A DNA stretch of 64,000 nucleotides. It comes from an uncultured Gaiellaceae bacterium. Its GTDB lineage: Bacteria; Actinomycetota; Thermoleophilia; Gaiellales; Gaiellaceae. Numbering within the stretch: position 1 is the stretch's first letter; every line of letters starts with the position of its first letter. Where the stretch lies: contig CAWAOK010000002.1 in NCBI GenBank assembly GCA_963783705.1, positions 29,149 to 93,148 on the forward strand, in the 5' to 3' direction. The position numbers and the translations under genes are program-made. The notes under the pieces are model-generated. The model saw only the letters and a program-made list of their open reading frames with translations. It had not been told where the DNA came from and ran no database searches. Of the stretch, positions 37,926-46,120 are shown piece by piece.

Positions 37926-38146
37926 GACGAAACAGACGCCTTCGCGGCCTCGACCGTATCGCCGGAGAAGGTCTCGAGGATCTCCGGTCGATCGAGCAGT
38001 CGTCTCTGCTGCTCGGCCGTCAGGCGGTTCTGCACGTACTTGTCCTCGAGGATCTCGGTGAGCGATCGGCCGCGGTCGTGCTCGCGGATGACGTACCTCG
38101 CGACGTGCTCCTCGGCCGACCCACGGGAGAAGAGGAACGAGAACAT
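37922..38146 (-). CDS. Hypothetical 74-aa protein
   Basis: MFSFLFSRGSAEEHVARYVIREHDRGRSLTEILEDKYVQNRLTAEQQRRLLDRPEILETFSGDTVEAAKASVSS. It is the only protein-like part of track ORF 37922..38839. Confidence 0.5.
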   Translation of the reverse strand: MFSFLFSRGSAEEHVARYVIREHDRGRSLTEILEDKYVQNRLTAEQQRRLLDRPEILETFSGDTVEAAKASVSS

Positions 38147-38188
38147 GTTCTTGAACCCGGACACGAGACGCGATTGTATCCCGGTGGG

Positions 38189-38530
38189 ATGAGACGCACT
38201 TCGCGTGAGGGCCGATATGCCGAGCGCACGCTCGCCGGCGTCGACGACGTGGGCGCGGAGGAGCGCATCGTGATCTGGATCGAGCGGCGACCGGGAGCGG
38301 TCTGGGCCGTGGGCCGTGTCGTCAATCCGCAGCTGCGCGACTCCGACGAGCCGCGGCCCGAGGACGTGGTCTTCGAGGGCTTCGAGCTCGGCGACGCACT
38401 CGACCGCGCCAACGAGGCGCTCGAGGACGACGTCAGCGTGCTCGAGGGGGACGGGCTCGCCGTCGTTGCGAAGCCGTTCACGCGGAAGGAAGTGCTGCCC
38501 CTCCTGGAGCGCTGGTTCTTCGACCGGTGA
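38189..38530 (+). CDS. Hypothetical 113-aa protein
   Basis: MRRTSREGRYAERTLAGVDDVGAEERIVIWIERRPGAVWAVGRVVNPQL...KPFTRKEVLPLLERWFFDR. Divergent from the previous gene. No family recognised. Confidence 0.45.
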   Translation: MRRTSREGRYAERTLAGVDDVGAEERIVIWIERRPGAVWAVGRVVNPQLRDSDEPRPEDVVFEGFELGDALDRANEALEDDVSVLEGDGLAVVAKPFTRKEVLPLLERWFFDR

Positions 38531-38620
38531 GAGGGCTAGCCAACTCACCCGGGAGACTTCCGCTGCCCGGCGCTTCCTAGGCGGAGCCGAACGGCTCCGC
38601 GCTGCTAGCGTCCGCGCGCT

Positions 38621-39447
38621 TTGCGGATCCGCGTCGGACACAGCCCGGACCCCGACGACGCGTTCATGTTCTGGGCGCTGACGACTGATCTCGTGGACAC
38701 GCGGGGCCACGCTTTCGAGCAGGTGCTCGGAGACATCCAGACGCTGAACCAGTGGGCGCGCTGCGGACGGCTCGAGGTGACGGCGATCTCGCTCGCCGCG
38801 TACCCGTTCGTGCAGGAGGACTACGCGCTCCTGCCACACGGGGCGAGCATCGGCTCCGGGTACGGGCCGATCGTCGTCGCCCGCGAGGAGCTGACGCTCG
38901 CCGAGCTTCGCGAGCTGGAGATCGTCGTGCCCGGGACGATGACGACCTCGTTTCTCGCCCTGCGCCTCGTGCTCGACGACTTCTCGTATCGCGAGCTTCC
39001 GTTCGACGAGATCCCCGACGAGGTCGCGTCGGGCCGAGCGACGCAGGTCTGCTGATCCACGAGGGCCAGCTCACCTTCGAGGACTACGGCCTCGTGAAGG
39101 TGCTCGACCTCGGCGAATGGTGGCTGCTCGAGACCGGGCTTCCATTGCCGCTCGGAGTCAACGTCGTTCGGCGCGATCTCGGTGAGGACGTCGTCGGAGA
39201 CGTCTCGCACGTGCTCCGCGACGCGATCCAGTGCGGGCTCGACAATCGCGGCGAGGCGCTCGAGTACGCACTCGAGTTCGGGCGCGGGATCGACGCGGCG
39301 ATCGCCGACCGGTTCGTCTCGATGTACGTCAACGAGCTCACCCAGGACTACGGCGACGAGGGGCGCAAGGCCGTCACCGAGCTGCTTCGGCGCGGTGAGG
39401 CACTCGGCGCCTTCCCGGCGCCCGTCGAGATCGACTTCGTCCCGTAG
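38621..39447 (+). pseudogene. mqnD: MqnD/MqnA-family (futalosine-pathway menaquinone biosynthesis, periplasmic-binding-protein fold) protein with an apparent frameshift near 39038
   Basis: MRIRVGHSPDPDDAFMFWAL...DEIPDEVASGRA is in the frame of ORF 38621..39055. The continuation [48 protein letters not shown] is in the frame of ORF 38752..39447. Confidence 0.7.
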
Positions 39448-39470
39448 GGCGGGATATATCCCGCCCCTAC
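39444..39470. repeat. REP-like hairpin family P1, copy 6 (variant)
   Basis: GTAGGG-CGGGA-TATA-TCCCGCCCCTAC. GAGA/TCTC is replaced by GGGA/TCCC, a compensatory change. It contains the mqnD TAG stop. Confidence 0.8.
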
Positions 39471-39481
39471 ACTCCTCCCTC

Positions 39482-40651
39482 ATGCGCGCCGTCGTTCTCT
39501 CCGCTGTCCGCACGCCGATCGGCCGGTACGCGGGAGCACTCTCGGGCGTGCGGCCGGACGACCTCGCAGGGGTCGCCATCGCCGCAGCGGTGGAGCGAGC
39601 CGCGATCGACGGCGACGCGATCGACGACGTGTACTTCGGCTGTGCGAACCAGGCAGGCGAGGACAACCGCAACGTCGCGCGGATGGGCGCGCTGCTCGCC
39701 GGCCTGCCCGAGTCCGTCGCGGGTGTGACGCTGAACCGGCTCTGCGCCTCGGGTCTCTCGGCGGTCATCTCCGCCTGCCATGCGGTGATTGCCGGCGACG
39801 CCGAGATCGTCGTCGCGGGCGGCGTCGAGTCGATGAGCCGCGCGCCGCTCGTCATGGGAAAGCCGGATGCGGCGTTCCCGCGCGGCGACCGGACGATGTG
39901 GGACACGACCCTCGGCTGGCGCTTCCCCAACCCGCGGCTCGAGGAGATGTTCCCGCCCGAGTCGATGGGCGAGACCGGCGAGAACGTTGCCGAGCGGTGG
40001 AGCGTGTCACGCGAGGATCAGGATGCGTTCGCCGCGCGCTCGCAGGAGCGCTGGAAGCTGGCGAACGCGGCGGGGCGCTTCGACGACGAGATCGTCCCGG
40101 TCGGCGAGGTCGTCGTGGACGAGCATCCGCGCCCGGAGACGACGGCCGCCATCCTGGCGAAGCTCAAGCCTGCGTTTCGGTCCGAGGGCACCGTAACCGC
40201 CGGCAACGCGAGCGGGATCAACGACGGCGCCGCGGCGCTCGTTGTCGCGAGCGAGGACCAGGCTCGCGAGCTCGGCATCGAGCCGCTCGGCGCGTTCGTC
40301 GGCTCCGCCGTGGCCGGCGTCGATCCGCGCGTGATGGGGATCGGGCCCATTCCGGCCGTGCGCAAGCTGCTCGAGCGCAGCGGCATCGAGGTGGGCGATC
40401 TCGATCTCGTCGAGCTGAACGAGGCGTTCGCGTCGCAGAGCCTTGCGGTGGTACGGGAGCTCGGCCTCGACGAGGAGAAGGTCAACGTGAACGGTGGTGC
40501 CATCGCGCTCGGGCATCCGCTCGGGATGAGCGGCGCGCGGCTGGTCGTCTCGCTGCTCCACGAGCTGCGCCGCCGCGACGGCCGTTACGGCCTCGCGACG
40601 CTCTGCGTCGGCGTCGGCCAGGGCGTCGCTGCGCTGTTCGAGCGCCCGTAG
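39482..40651 (+). CDS. Acetyl-CoA C-acetyltransferase (thiolase)
   Basis: [11 protein letters not shown] (active Cys), [34 protein letters not shown] and [13 protein letters not shown]. Confidence 0.95.
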   Translation: MRAVVLSAVRTPIGRYAGALSGVRPDDLAGVAIAAAVERAAIDGDAIDDVYFGCANQAGEDNRNVARMGALLAGLPESVAGVTLNRLCASGLSAVISACHAVIAGDAEIVVAGGVESMSRAPLVMGKPDAAFPRGDRTMWDTTLGWRFPNPRLEEMFPPESMGETGENVAERWSVSREDQDAFAARSQERWKLANAAGRFDDEIVPVGEVVVDEHPRPETTAAILAKLKPAFRSEGTVTAGNASGINDGAAALVVASEDQARELGIEPLGAFVGSAVAGVDPRVMGIGPIPAVRKLLERSGIEVGDLDLVELNEAFASQSLAVVRELGLDEEKVNVNGGAIALGHPLGMSGARLVVSLLHELRRRDGRYGLATLCVGVGQGVAALFERP

Positions 40652-40671
40652 GGCGACACATCTCGCCCTAC
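40648..40671. repeat. REP-like hairpin family P1, copy 7 (shortened)
   Basis: GTAGGGCGA-CACATC-TCGCCCTAC. It contains the TAG stops of the thiolase gene (40649-40651) and cysA (40668-40670). Confidence 0.7.
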
Positions 40672-41627
40672 GTCGTCGCGAAGACGCGTTCGCGCCTCGG
40701 GTTGGCCCAGACATTCTGACCGCGCCAGAAGCCGGCGCTGTCGAACTCGTCGCGCGTCATGAGCACGAGGATTTCCGAGCCGCTCGAGTCGTGGAGCTCG
40801 ACCTTTGCGTCCCGTCCGAGGAGCGTTACCCGCACGATCATCGCCTCGATCGCACCGTCAACCGGTCCGGTGAGAAGCTCGATGTCGTGGGGCCGCACGA
40901 GGAACTCGCCCAGCGGCTGGGCGTCTCCGACGAAGGTCATCACGAACTCGCTCGCCGGATTGTCGTAGAGCTCGCGCGGGCTTCCGACCTGCTCGAGCCG
41001 CCCGTGGTTGATGACGGCGATCTCGTCAGAGATCTCCATCGCCTCGTCCTGGTCGTGGGTGACGAAGACGGTAGTGACGTGGACGACGTCGTGGAGCTGG
41101 CGGAGCCACTCCCGGAGCTCTGCGCGAACCCGAGCGTCGAGGGCGCCGAACGGCTCGTCGAGGAGCAGTACCTGCGGCTCGGGCGCGAGCGCGCGCGCGA
41201 GTCCCATGCGCTGACGCTGCCCGCCGGAGAGCTGCGCGGGATAGCGGTGCCCGAAGTTCTGCAGCTGGACGAGGTTCAGGAGCTCGTCGACGCGCTCGGC
41301 GATCTCCTGCTTCGGGCGCTTGCGCACCTTCAGCCCGAACGCGACGTTGTCCCAGACCGTCATGTGCTTGAACGCCGCGTAGTGCTGGAACACGAAGCCG
41401 ACGTTGCGCTTCTGCGGGGCGAGCGCCGTCGCGTCCTTGCCTGCGAGCAGGATCTCGCCCTGGTCGGCGGTCTCGAGCCCGGCGATGATCCTGAGCAGCG
41501 TGGACTTCCCCGACCCGCTCGGCCCGAGAAGCGCGGTCAGCGCGCCCGACTCGACGTCGAGCGAGACGTCGTCGAGCGCGACGAAGTCGCCGAATCTCTT
41601 CGAGACGTTGCGGACGAGAATCGACAT
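40668..41627 (-). CDS. cysA: Sulfate/thiosulfate ABC transporter ATP-binding protein
   Basis: [15 protein letters not shown]..., Walker [29 protein letters not shown], and a C-terminal TOBE-like domain. AAGGAGGAG RBS before the ATG at 41627. Confidence 0.9.
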   Translation of the reverse strand: MSILVRNVSKRFGDFVALDDVSLDVESGALTALLGPSGSGKSTLLRIIAGLETADQGEILLAGKDATALAPQKRNVGFVFQHYAAFKHMTVWDNVAFGLKVRKRPKQEIAERVDELLNLVQLQNFGHRYPAQLSGGQRQRMGLARALAPEPQVLLLDEPFGALDARVRAELREWLRQLHDVVHVTTVFVTHDQDEAMEISDEIAVINHGRLEQVGSPRELYDNPASEFVMTFVGDAQPLGEFLVRPHDIELLTGPVDGAIEAMIVRVTLLGRDAKVELHDSSGSEILVLMTRDEFDSAGFWRGQNVWANPRRERVFATT

Positions 41628-41660
41628 CAGGCTGTCTCCTCCTTGGTCATCGAGGCGCAA

Positions 41661-41727
41661 GACCGCGATCCGCTCGCGCGGATCCCGGTCGCGCGAAGAT
41701 CCCTGAAGGCGTCCGCTTCGCGGCCGC
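41661..41727. repeat. Two-hairpin CCCTGAAGG element (family P3), copy C
   Basis: GACCGCGATCCGC-TCGC-GCGGATCCCGGTC, then GCGCGAAGATCCCTGAAGGCG, then GCGTCCGC-TTC-GCGGCCGC. It sits between the cysW stop and the cysA start. Confidence 0.75.
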
Positions 41728-41739
41728 GGTGCTTGTCAC

Positions 41740-42558
41740 TCACGTCAGCTCCTTTGGGCGAATGACGGTCATGGCGACGAGGACGAGGATCGCGATCAGG
41801 GCGAGCACGATCGAGATGGCGTACGCGCCGGCGAGGTCGAACGCCTCGTAGCGCTCCTGCACGCGCAGCGTCGCTGTCTCGGTCTGGCCCTGAAGCCGGC
41901 CCGAGACCACGGCCACCGCGCCGTACTCACCGAGACAGCGCGCGGTCGTGAGGATGACGCCGTAGATCACGGCCCAGCGAATCGAGGGGAGCGTGATCCG
42001 CCAGAAGGTCTGCCACCCGGTCGCGCCCAGCGTGAACGCGGCCTGCTCCTGGTCGTCTCCGATCTCGCGCAGCGTCGGAACGACCTCGCGCGCGACGAAG
42101 GGCAGCGAGACGAAGATCGTGGCGATCACCATCGCCGGGAGCGCGAACAGGACCTCGATCCCGCGCTCGGACAGCCAGCTTCCGAACCACCCGTCCTGGC
42201 CGTAGAGCAGGAAGAGAGAGAGGCCGACGACGACGGGCGAAAGTGCGAGAGGCAGGTCGACGAACGCGTTCAGCAGGCCCTTCCCGGGGAACCGCTTCCG
42301 GACGATTGCGAGCGCGCAGACGATTCCGAACACGGTGTTCACCGGCACCGCGATCGCCGTGATGATCAGCGTGAGCTTGAAGGCGTTGAGGGTCTCGGGC
42401 GTCGTGAGCGCGTCCCAGGCGGGCGCGAAGCCGTCCTCGAACGTCCGCCAGAAGACGATGGCGAGCGGCCCGACGAGGATGACCGCGAGATAGAAGAGCG
42501 CGATCGCACGCAGGCCGAAACGCGAAAAGAACCTAGACACGGTCGTGCCTCGTCGCAA
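41740..42558 (-). CDS. cysW: Sulfate ABC transporter permease
   Basis: Six-TM MalFG-type permease with an EAA-like loop (GDDQEQAAFTLGATGWQTFWRITLPSIRWA). Operon context. Confidence 0.9.
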   Translation of the reverse strand: MRRGTTVSRFFSRFGLRAIALFYLAVILVGPLAIVFWRTFEDGFAPAWDALTTPETLNAFKLTLIITAIAVPVNTVFGIVCALAIVRKRFPGKGLLNAFVDLPLALSPVVVGLSLFLLYGQDGWFGSWLSERGIEVLFALPAMVIATIFVSLPFVAREVVPTLREIGDDQEQAAFTLGATGWQTFWRITLPSIRWAVIYGVILTTARCLGEYGAVAVVSGRLQGQTETATLRVQERYEAFDLAGAYAISIVLALIAILVLVAMTVIRPKELT

Positions 42559-43366
42559 AGTGCCGGATGACGCCGATCGAGAGCAGCGTCAGGAACGAGA
42601 TCCCGAGGAGCACGACCGCGACGGCCGCGGCGCCTGCCGAGTCGCCGCTCTCGATGCGCCCGTAGATGTGCACGGACGAGACCTCGGTCTCGAACGGGAT
42701 GTTCCCGGTGATGATCACGAGCGACCCGAACTCCCCGACCGCCTTCGCGAACGCGAGTGCGACCCCCGAGAGGATCCCCGGAAGGATGTTGGGAAGGATC
42801 ACCTTCACGAACGTCCGTGCGTGAGAGGCGCCGAGCGAGTACGAGGCTTCCTCGAGCTCGGGGTCGAGCTCCTGCAGAACCGGCTGAACCGTCCTCACGA
42901 CGAACGGCAACGTCACGAACATGAGCGCGAGCACGATTGCGGTGCGCGAGAACGCGACGTCGATCCCGACCGGCGACGTCGGCCCGTAGAGCGCGAGGAG
43001 CGTGAGGCCGGCGACGATCGTCGGCAGCGCGAACGGCAGGTCGATGATCGCGTTCACGACGGTCTTCCCGCGGAAGTCGTCACGCACGAGCACCCACGCC
43101 GTGATCGTGCCGAGGATGGCGTTCAGGATCGAGACGGCGAACGACGCGCCCAGCGTGAGCTTCAGAGCCGCGACGGCCTCCGGGCTCGAGACCGCGTCCC
43201 GAAAGGACTGCGTGCCCTCGCTCGTCGCCTCCCACATGAGCGCGGCAAGCGGAAGCCCGACCATGACCATGAGGAAGGTCGTCACAAAGCCGAGAGACAC
43301 GGCCGTTGCGGCCCTGTCTCTCGACGCGCGCGAGCGTGCGGGACTGCTGACTGCGACGTCGCTCAA
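42533..43366 (-). CDS. cysT: Sulfate ABC transporter permease
   Basis: Permease with the loop LEEASYSLGASHARTFVKVILPNILPG. Operon context. Confidence 0.9.
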   Translation of the reverse strand: MSDVAVSSPARSRASRDRAATAVSLGFVTTFLMVMVGLPLAALMWEATSEGTQSFRDAVSSPEAVAALKLTLGASFAVSILNAILGTITAWVLVRDDFRGKTVVNAIIDLPFALPTIVAGLTLLALYGPTSPVGIDVAFSRTAIVLALMFVTLPFVVRTVQPVLQELDPELEEASYSLGASHARTFVKVILPNILPGILSGVALAFAKAVGEFGSLVIITGNIPFETEVSSVHIYGRIESGDSAGAAAVAVVLLGISFLTLLSIGVIRHFATRHDRV

Positions 43367-44385
43367 CCGGTGCTACCGCCTACCGCACGCTGGAAGCGAG
43401 CCATGACCCCCGACTTCGGGTCGAAGAAGCGCTTCTGCACCTTCGTCCAGCCGCCCAGTCCGAGCTGGTCGATCGTGAACAGGCCCGGGCGGACGGGGAA
43501 CTTCTTGCGGTTCGCGTTCTCGACACTCTTCACGACCGGGCGGTAGCCGTAGTCGGCGAACACCTGCTGCGAAGCGGGGGTTCGGAGGTACCGGAGGAAC
43601 GCATTCGCGGCGGTCTTGTCCGTGCTGCCTTTCGTGACGGCGATCGGGTTCTCGATCAGGATCGTCGTCTTGGGGATGACCCACTGCAGGTCGAGCCCTT
43701 GCTGGCGCGAGAAGTACGCCTCGTTCTCGTACGCGAGAAGCACGTCGCCCTTACCGCTGTTGAAGGTGCTGAGCGAGGCACGCGCACTCGTGTCCTGGAC
43801 GATGACGTTCTTCCAGAGCTTCAGGAGGTTGCCCTGCGCCTGCTTGTCGGTCTTGCCCTGCTTCCGCCACGACCCGTACGCGGCCATGATGTTCCAGCGA
43901 GCGCCACCCGACGTGAATGGGTTCGGCGTGACGACCTCGACACCCGGGCGGATGAGGTCGTTCCAGCTCCGGATCTTCTTCGGGTTGCCGTCGCGGACGA
44001 CGAAGACGACGACGGAGTTCGTGACCATCCCCTTGTACGACTGCTTCTTCCACTTCGCATCGACCTTCCCGGCCGCGACCAGCTCGTCGACGTCGGGTGC
44101 GAGGGAGAGCGCGACGATGTCCGCCTCGAGCCCCGCCTTGACCGCGCGGGTCTGCTCGCCCGACGAGCCGTAGGACTGGGTGAAGTCGACGTCCTTGCCG
44201 GCTGCCGTCTTCTGGAACGCGGGGATGAGCTTTGCGTAGGCCTCGCGTGGCGTCGAGTACGCGACGAGGTTCAGCTTCGTGTCCGTAGACCGCGTCGGCG
44301 TGGCCGAGCCGATGCCTGCGGTCGCGGCAAGCGCGACAGCGACGACGCTCAGAGTTCCGGTGAGTGCGAGGGCCTTCGATCTCAT
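43363..44385 (-). CDS. Sulfate/thiosulfate-binding periplasmic protein
   Basis: Signal/lipoprotein-like N-terminus. YGSSGEQTRAV, NPFTSGGARWN and other Sbp/CysP-like motifs. AGGAGGAG RBS. Confidence 0.9.
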   Translation of the reverse strand: MRSKALALTGTLSVVAVALAATAGIGSATPTRSTDTKLNLVAYSTPREAYAKLIPAFQKTAAGKDVDFTQSYGSSGEQTRAVKAGLEADIVALSLAPDVDELVAAGKVDAKWKKQSYKGMVTNSVVVFVVRDGNPKKIRSWNDLIRPGVEVVTPNPFTSGGARWNIMAAYGSWRKQGKTDKQAQGNLLKLWKNVIVQDTSARASLSTFNSGKGDVLLAYENEAYFSRQQGLDLQWVIPKTTILIENPIAVTKGSTDKTAANAFLRYLRTPASQQVFADYGYRPVVKSVENANRKKFPVRPGLFTIDQLGLGGWTKVQKRFFDPKSGVMARFQRAVGGSTG

Positions 44386-44398
44386 GTTGCTCCTCCTA

Positions 44399-44478
44399 GT
44401 TGAGTATCTCGACTAACTTTGTCGACTTACTAAAGAGAATAAGAAGGTAGAGAATGTCGAGACTGCTTGTCAAGCCGC
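44399..44478. promoter_or_regulatory. AT-rich divergent promoter/operator region between the sulfate transporter operon and the Rrf2 regulator gene
   Basis: The most AT-rich stretch I noticed in the window. Repeated TCGAC-containing motifs: ATCTCGACTAAC, TGTCGACTTAC, and inverted GTCGAGACT. Confidence 0.4.
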
Positions 44479-44493
44479 AAGGAGGGCTAATCG

Positions 44494-44961
44494 ATGTGGG
44501 TATCGCGGAGAACCGACTATGCGACGAGGGCGATCCTCGCGCTGTCACTCGAAGGCGGTGGGCCGCTCAAGCTCGAGGAGCTCGCGCGGCGCACCGCCGT
44601 CCCGCAGTCGGTGCTCGAGCAAGTGATGCCGACGATGCGCACCGCAGGCGTTGTTCGCTCCGAGCGGGGTCCGTCGGGCGGCTACCGGCTCAACAAGGCG
44701 CCGGATGAGATCACGCTCGAGCGCATCGTCCGTCTGTTCCAAGGGCCGCTTGCGCCGATCAGTTGCGCGACGCGCCACAACCCGGAGCCGTGCCCGATGA
44801 TGGTCGGTTGCACGCTGCGTGACGTGTGGGAGGAAGTGCGCGACGCGACCATCTCGCTACTCGGCGGCGTGACGTTCGCCGACCTCGCGGCGAAAGCCGG
44901 AGGCGCTTGGGTCGATCCGGCGCTCATCGTCCCGGTGCCGAATCCGACGCCGTCGCCGTAG
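44494..44961 (+). CDS. Rrf2 family transcriptional regulator (CymR/IscR-like)
   Basis: MWVSRRTDYATRAILALSLEGGGPLKLEELARRTAVPQSVLEQVMPTMRTAGVVRSERGPSGGYRL, with three Cys in the C-terminal half (CATRHNPEPCPMMVGC). Confidence 0.85.
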   Translation: MWVSRRTDYATRAILALSLEGGGPLKLEELARRTAVPQSVLEQVMPTMRTAGVVRSERGPSGGYRLNKAPDEITLERIVRLFQGPLAPISCATRHNPEPCPMMVGCTLRDVWEEVRDATISLLGGVTFADLAAKAGGAWVDPALIVPVPNPTPSP

Positions 44962-44985
44962 GGGCGAGATGTATCTCGCCCCTAC
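44958..44985. repeat. REP-like hairpin family P1, copy 8
   Basis: GTAGGGGCGAGA-TGTA-TCTCGCCCCTAC. It contains the TAG stops of the Rrf2 gene (44959-44961) and modA (44982-44984). Confidence 0.85.
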
Positions 44986-45713
44986 AACGGAACGACGAAC
45001 CCGGCCTGCTCGAGCGCCTCGCGCCCGCGCAGGCTTCGGAGCGCCTCGACGAAAGCGCGGGCTCCGGCCTCGTCGTCCGTGCCGACGACGACCGCCGCCT
45101 GGTACTCGATCGGCGGCTGAGCATCGTCGGGGAGCTCGACGGCCAGAACGCGATCCGCAACGGGCGTCACGTCGGTCGCGTAGACGAACCCCGCGTCTGC
45201 CTCGCCGAGCGCGACCTTTCCCGCGACACCCTTGACGTCGTCCTCGTTCGAGATGACGTTGTCGAGTGCCGCCGAGAGTCCGAGCGTGTCGAGCACGGTT
45301 CGCGTGTAGTCGCCGACGGGCACGCCCTCCGCCGCAACGACGAGTCTCGTTCCGGGTTGCAGGATGTCCTCGACGCTCTCGATCGCCGCGGGGTTCGCTT
45401 TGGGGACGATGAGCACGAGGCGATTGGACGCAAACGTCACGGGCTCTTCGACGAGATCTTCGGCGAAGAGCTCCTGCGGATACTTCGAGCTTGCCGCTGC
45501 GAAGACGTCCGCCCGTGCACCCTCGCGAATCTGCGTCGCCAGCTCGTCGGAGCCCGCGAAGCTGAAGCGCGCGTTCGGGTCGATCTGCGGGAAGACCTCG
45601 GCGAGAGACGCGGCGGCGTAGACGTCCAGCGGCCCGTCCTCCGAATCGCTGCCTCCGCAACCCCAGGTGAAGCCTACGAGCACGGCAAGTATGCCTATGC
45701 AATACTTATGCAT
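44982..45713 (-). CDS. modA: Molybdate ABC transporter substrate-binding protein
   Basis: MHKYCIGILAVLVGFTWGCGG (lipoprotein-like), then VYAAASLAEVF...FSFAGSDELATQI...ADVFAAAS...GVPVGDYTR. An alternative GTG start lies at 45731. Confidence 0.85.
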   Translation of the reverse strand: MHKYCIGILAVLVGFTWGCGGSDSEDGPLDVYAAASLAEVFPQIDPNARFSFAGSDELATQIREGARADVFAAASSKYPQELFAEDLVEEPVTFASNRLVLIVPKANPAAIESVEDILQPGTRLVVAAEGVPVGDYTRTVLDTLGLSAALDNVISNEDDVKGVAGKVALGEADAGFVYATDVTPVADRVLAVELPDDAQPPIEYQAAVVVGTDDEAGARAFVEALRSLRGREALEQAGFVVPL

Positions 45714-45714
45714 A
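45696..45714. promoter_or_regulatory. Candidate operator: TATGCA-N7-TGCATA inverted repeat overlapping the modA start
   Basis: It lies in a locally AT-rich patch that forces unusual A/T-ending codons on the first modA codons (CAT AAG TAT TGC ATA GGC ATA CTT). It is adjacent to the divergent HTH-TOBE regulator gene. Confidence 0.35.
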
Positions 45715-45742
45715 TGAGCCCGACCATACACGAGGTGGCGAG

Positions 45743-46120
45743 GTGACGGAGCGGGGGGTCTACACCGCGAGCGAGGCCGCCCGTGCCCTCGGGATCAGCC
45801 TCGACACGCTGCGCCGGTGGGACAAGGGCGGTCGCATCCGCACCGAACGAGACGCCGCGAACCGACGGCTCGTCCCAGCGTCCGAGGTCGAGCGGCTGCG
45901 CGGAAAGGCCGACGACGAGCTGAGCGCGCGCAACCGCTTCCGCGGCGTCGTGCGGAGCGTCGAGGTCGAGGGCTTCCTCGCGCGCGTCGAGATCGACGTG
46001 ACGGAGCCGGCACGGGTCGTCGCGATCATCACGCGCGAGGCCGTCGAGGAGCTCGGCCTGAAGCCGGGAGTCGGTGCCGCCGCGATCGTCAAGTCGACGT
46101 CCGTGATGGTGGAGCGGTGA
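45743..46120 (+). CDS. MerR/excisionase-type HTH plus TOBE (Mop) domain protein, putative molybdate-responsive regulator
   Basis: YTASEAARALGISLDTLRRWDKGGRI (HTH), then SARNRFRGVVRSVEVEGFLARVEIDV...GVGAAAIVKSTSVMV (TOBE). Confidence 0.75.
   Translation: MTERGVYTASEAARALGISLDTLRRWDKGGRIRTERDAANRRLVPASEVERLRGKADDELSARNRFRGVVRSVEVEGFLARVEIDVTEPARVVAIITREAVEELGLKPGVGAAAIVKSTSVMVER

Noticed and set aside
30682-39447. Integrated genomic island or prophage next to tRNA-Arg
   Set aside because: No integrase, recombinase or phage genes were seen, and I could not spot a direct repeat of the tRNA 3' end. The gene content is metabolic and regulatory. Only the frame decay hints at accessory status.
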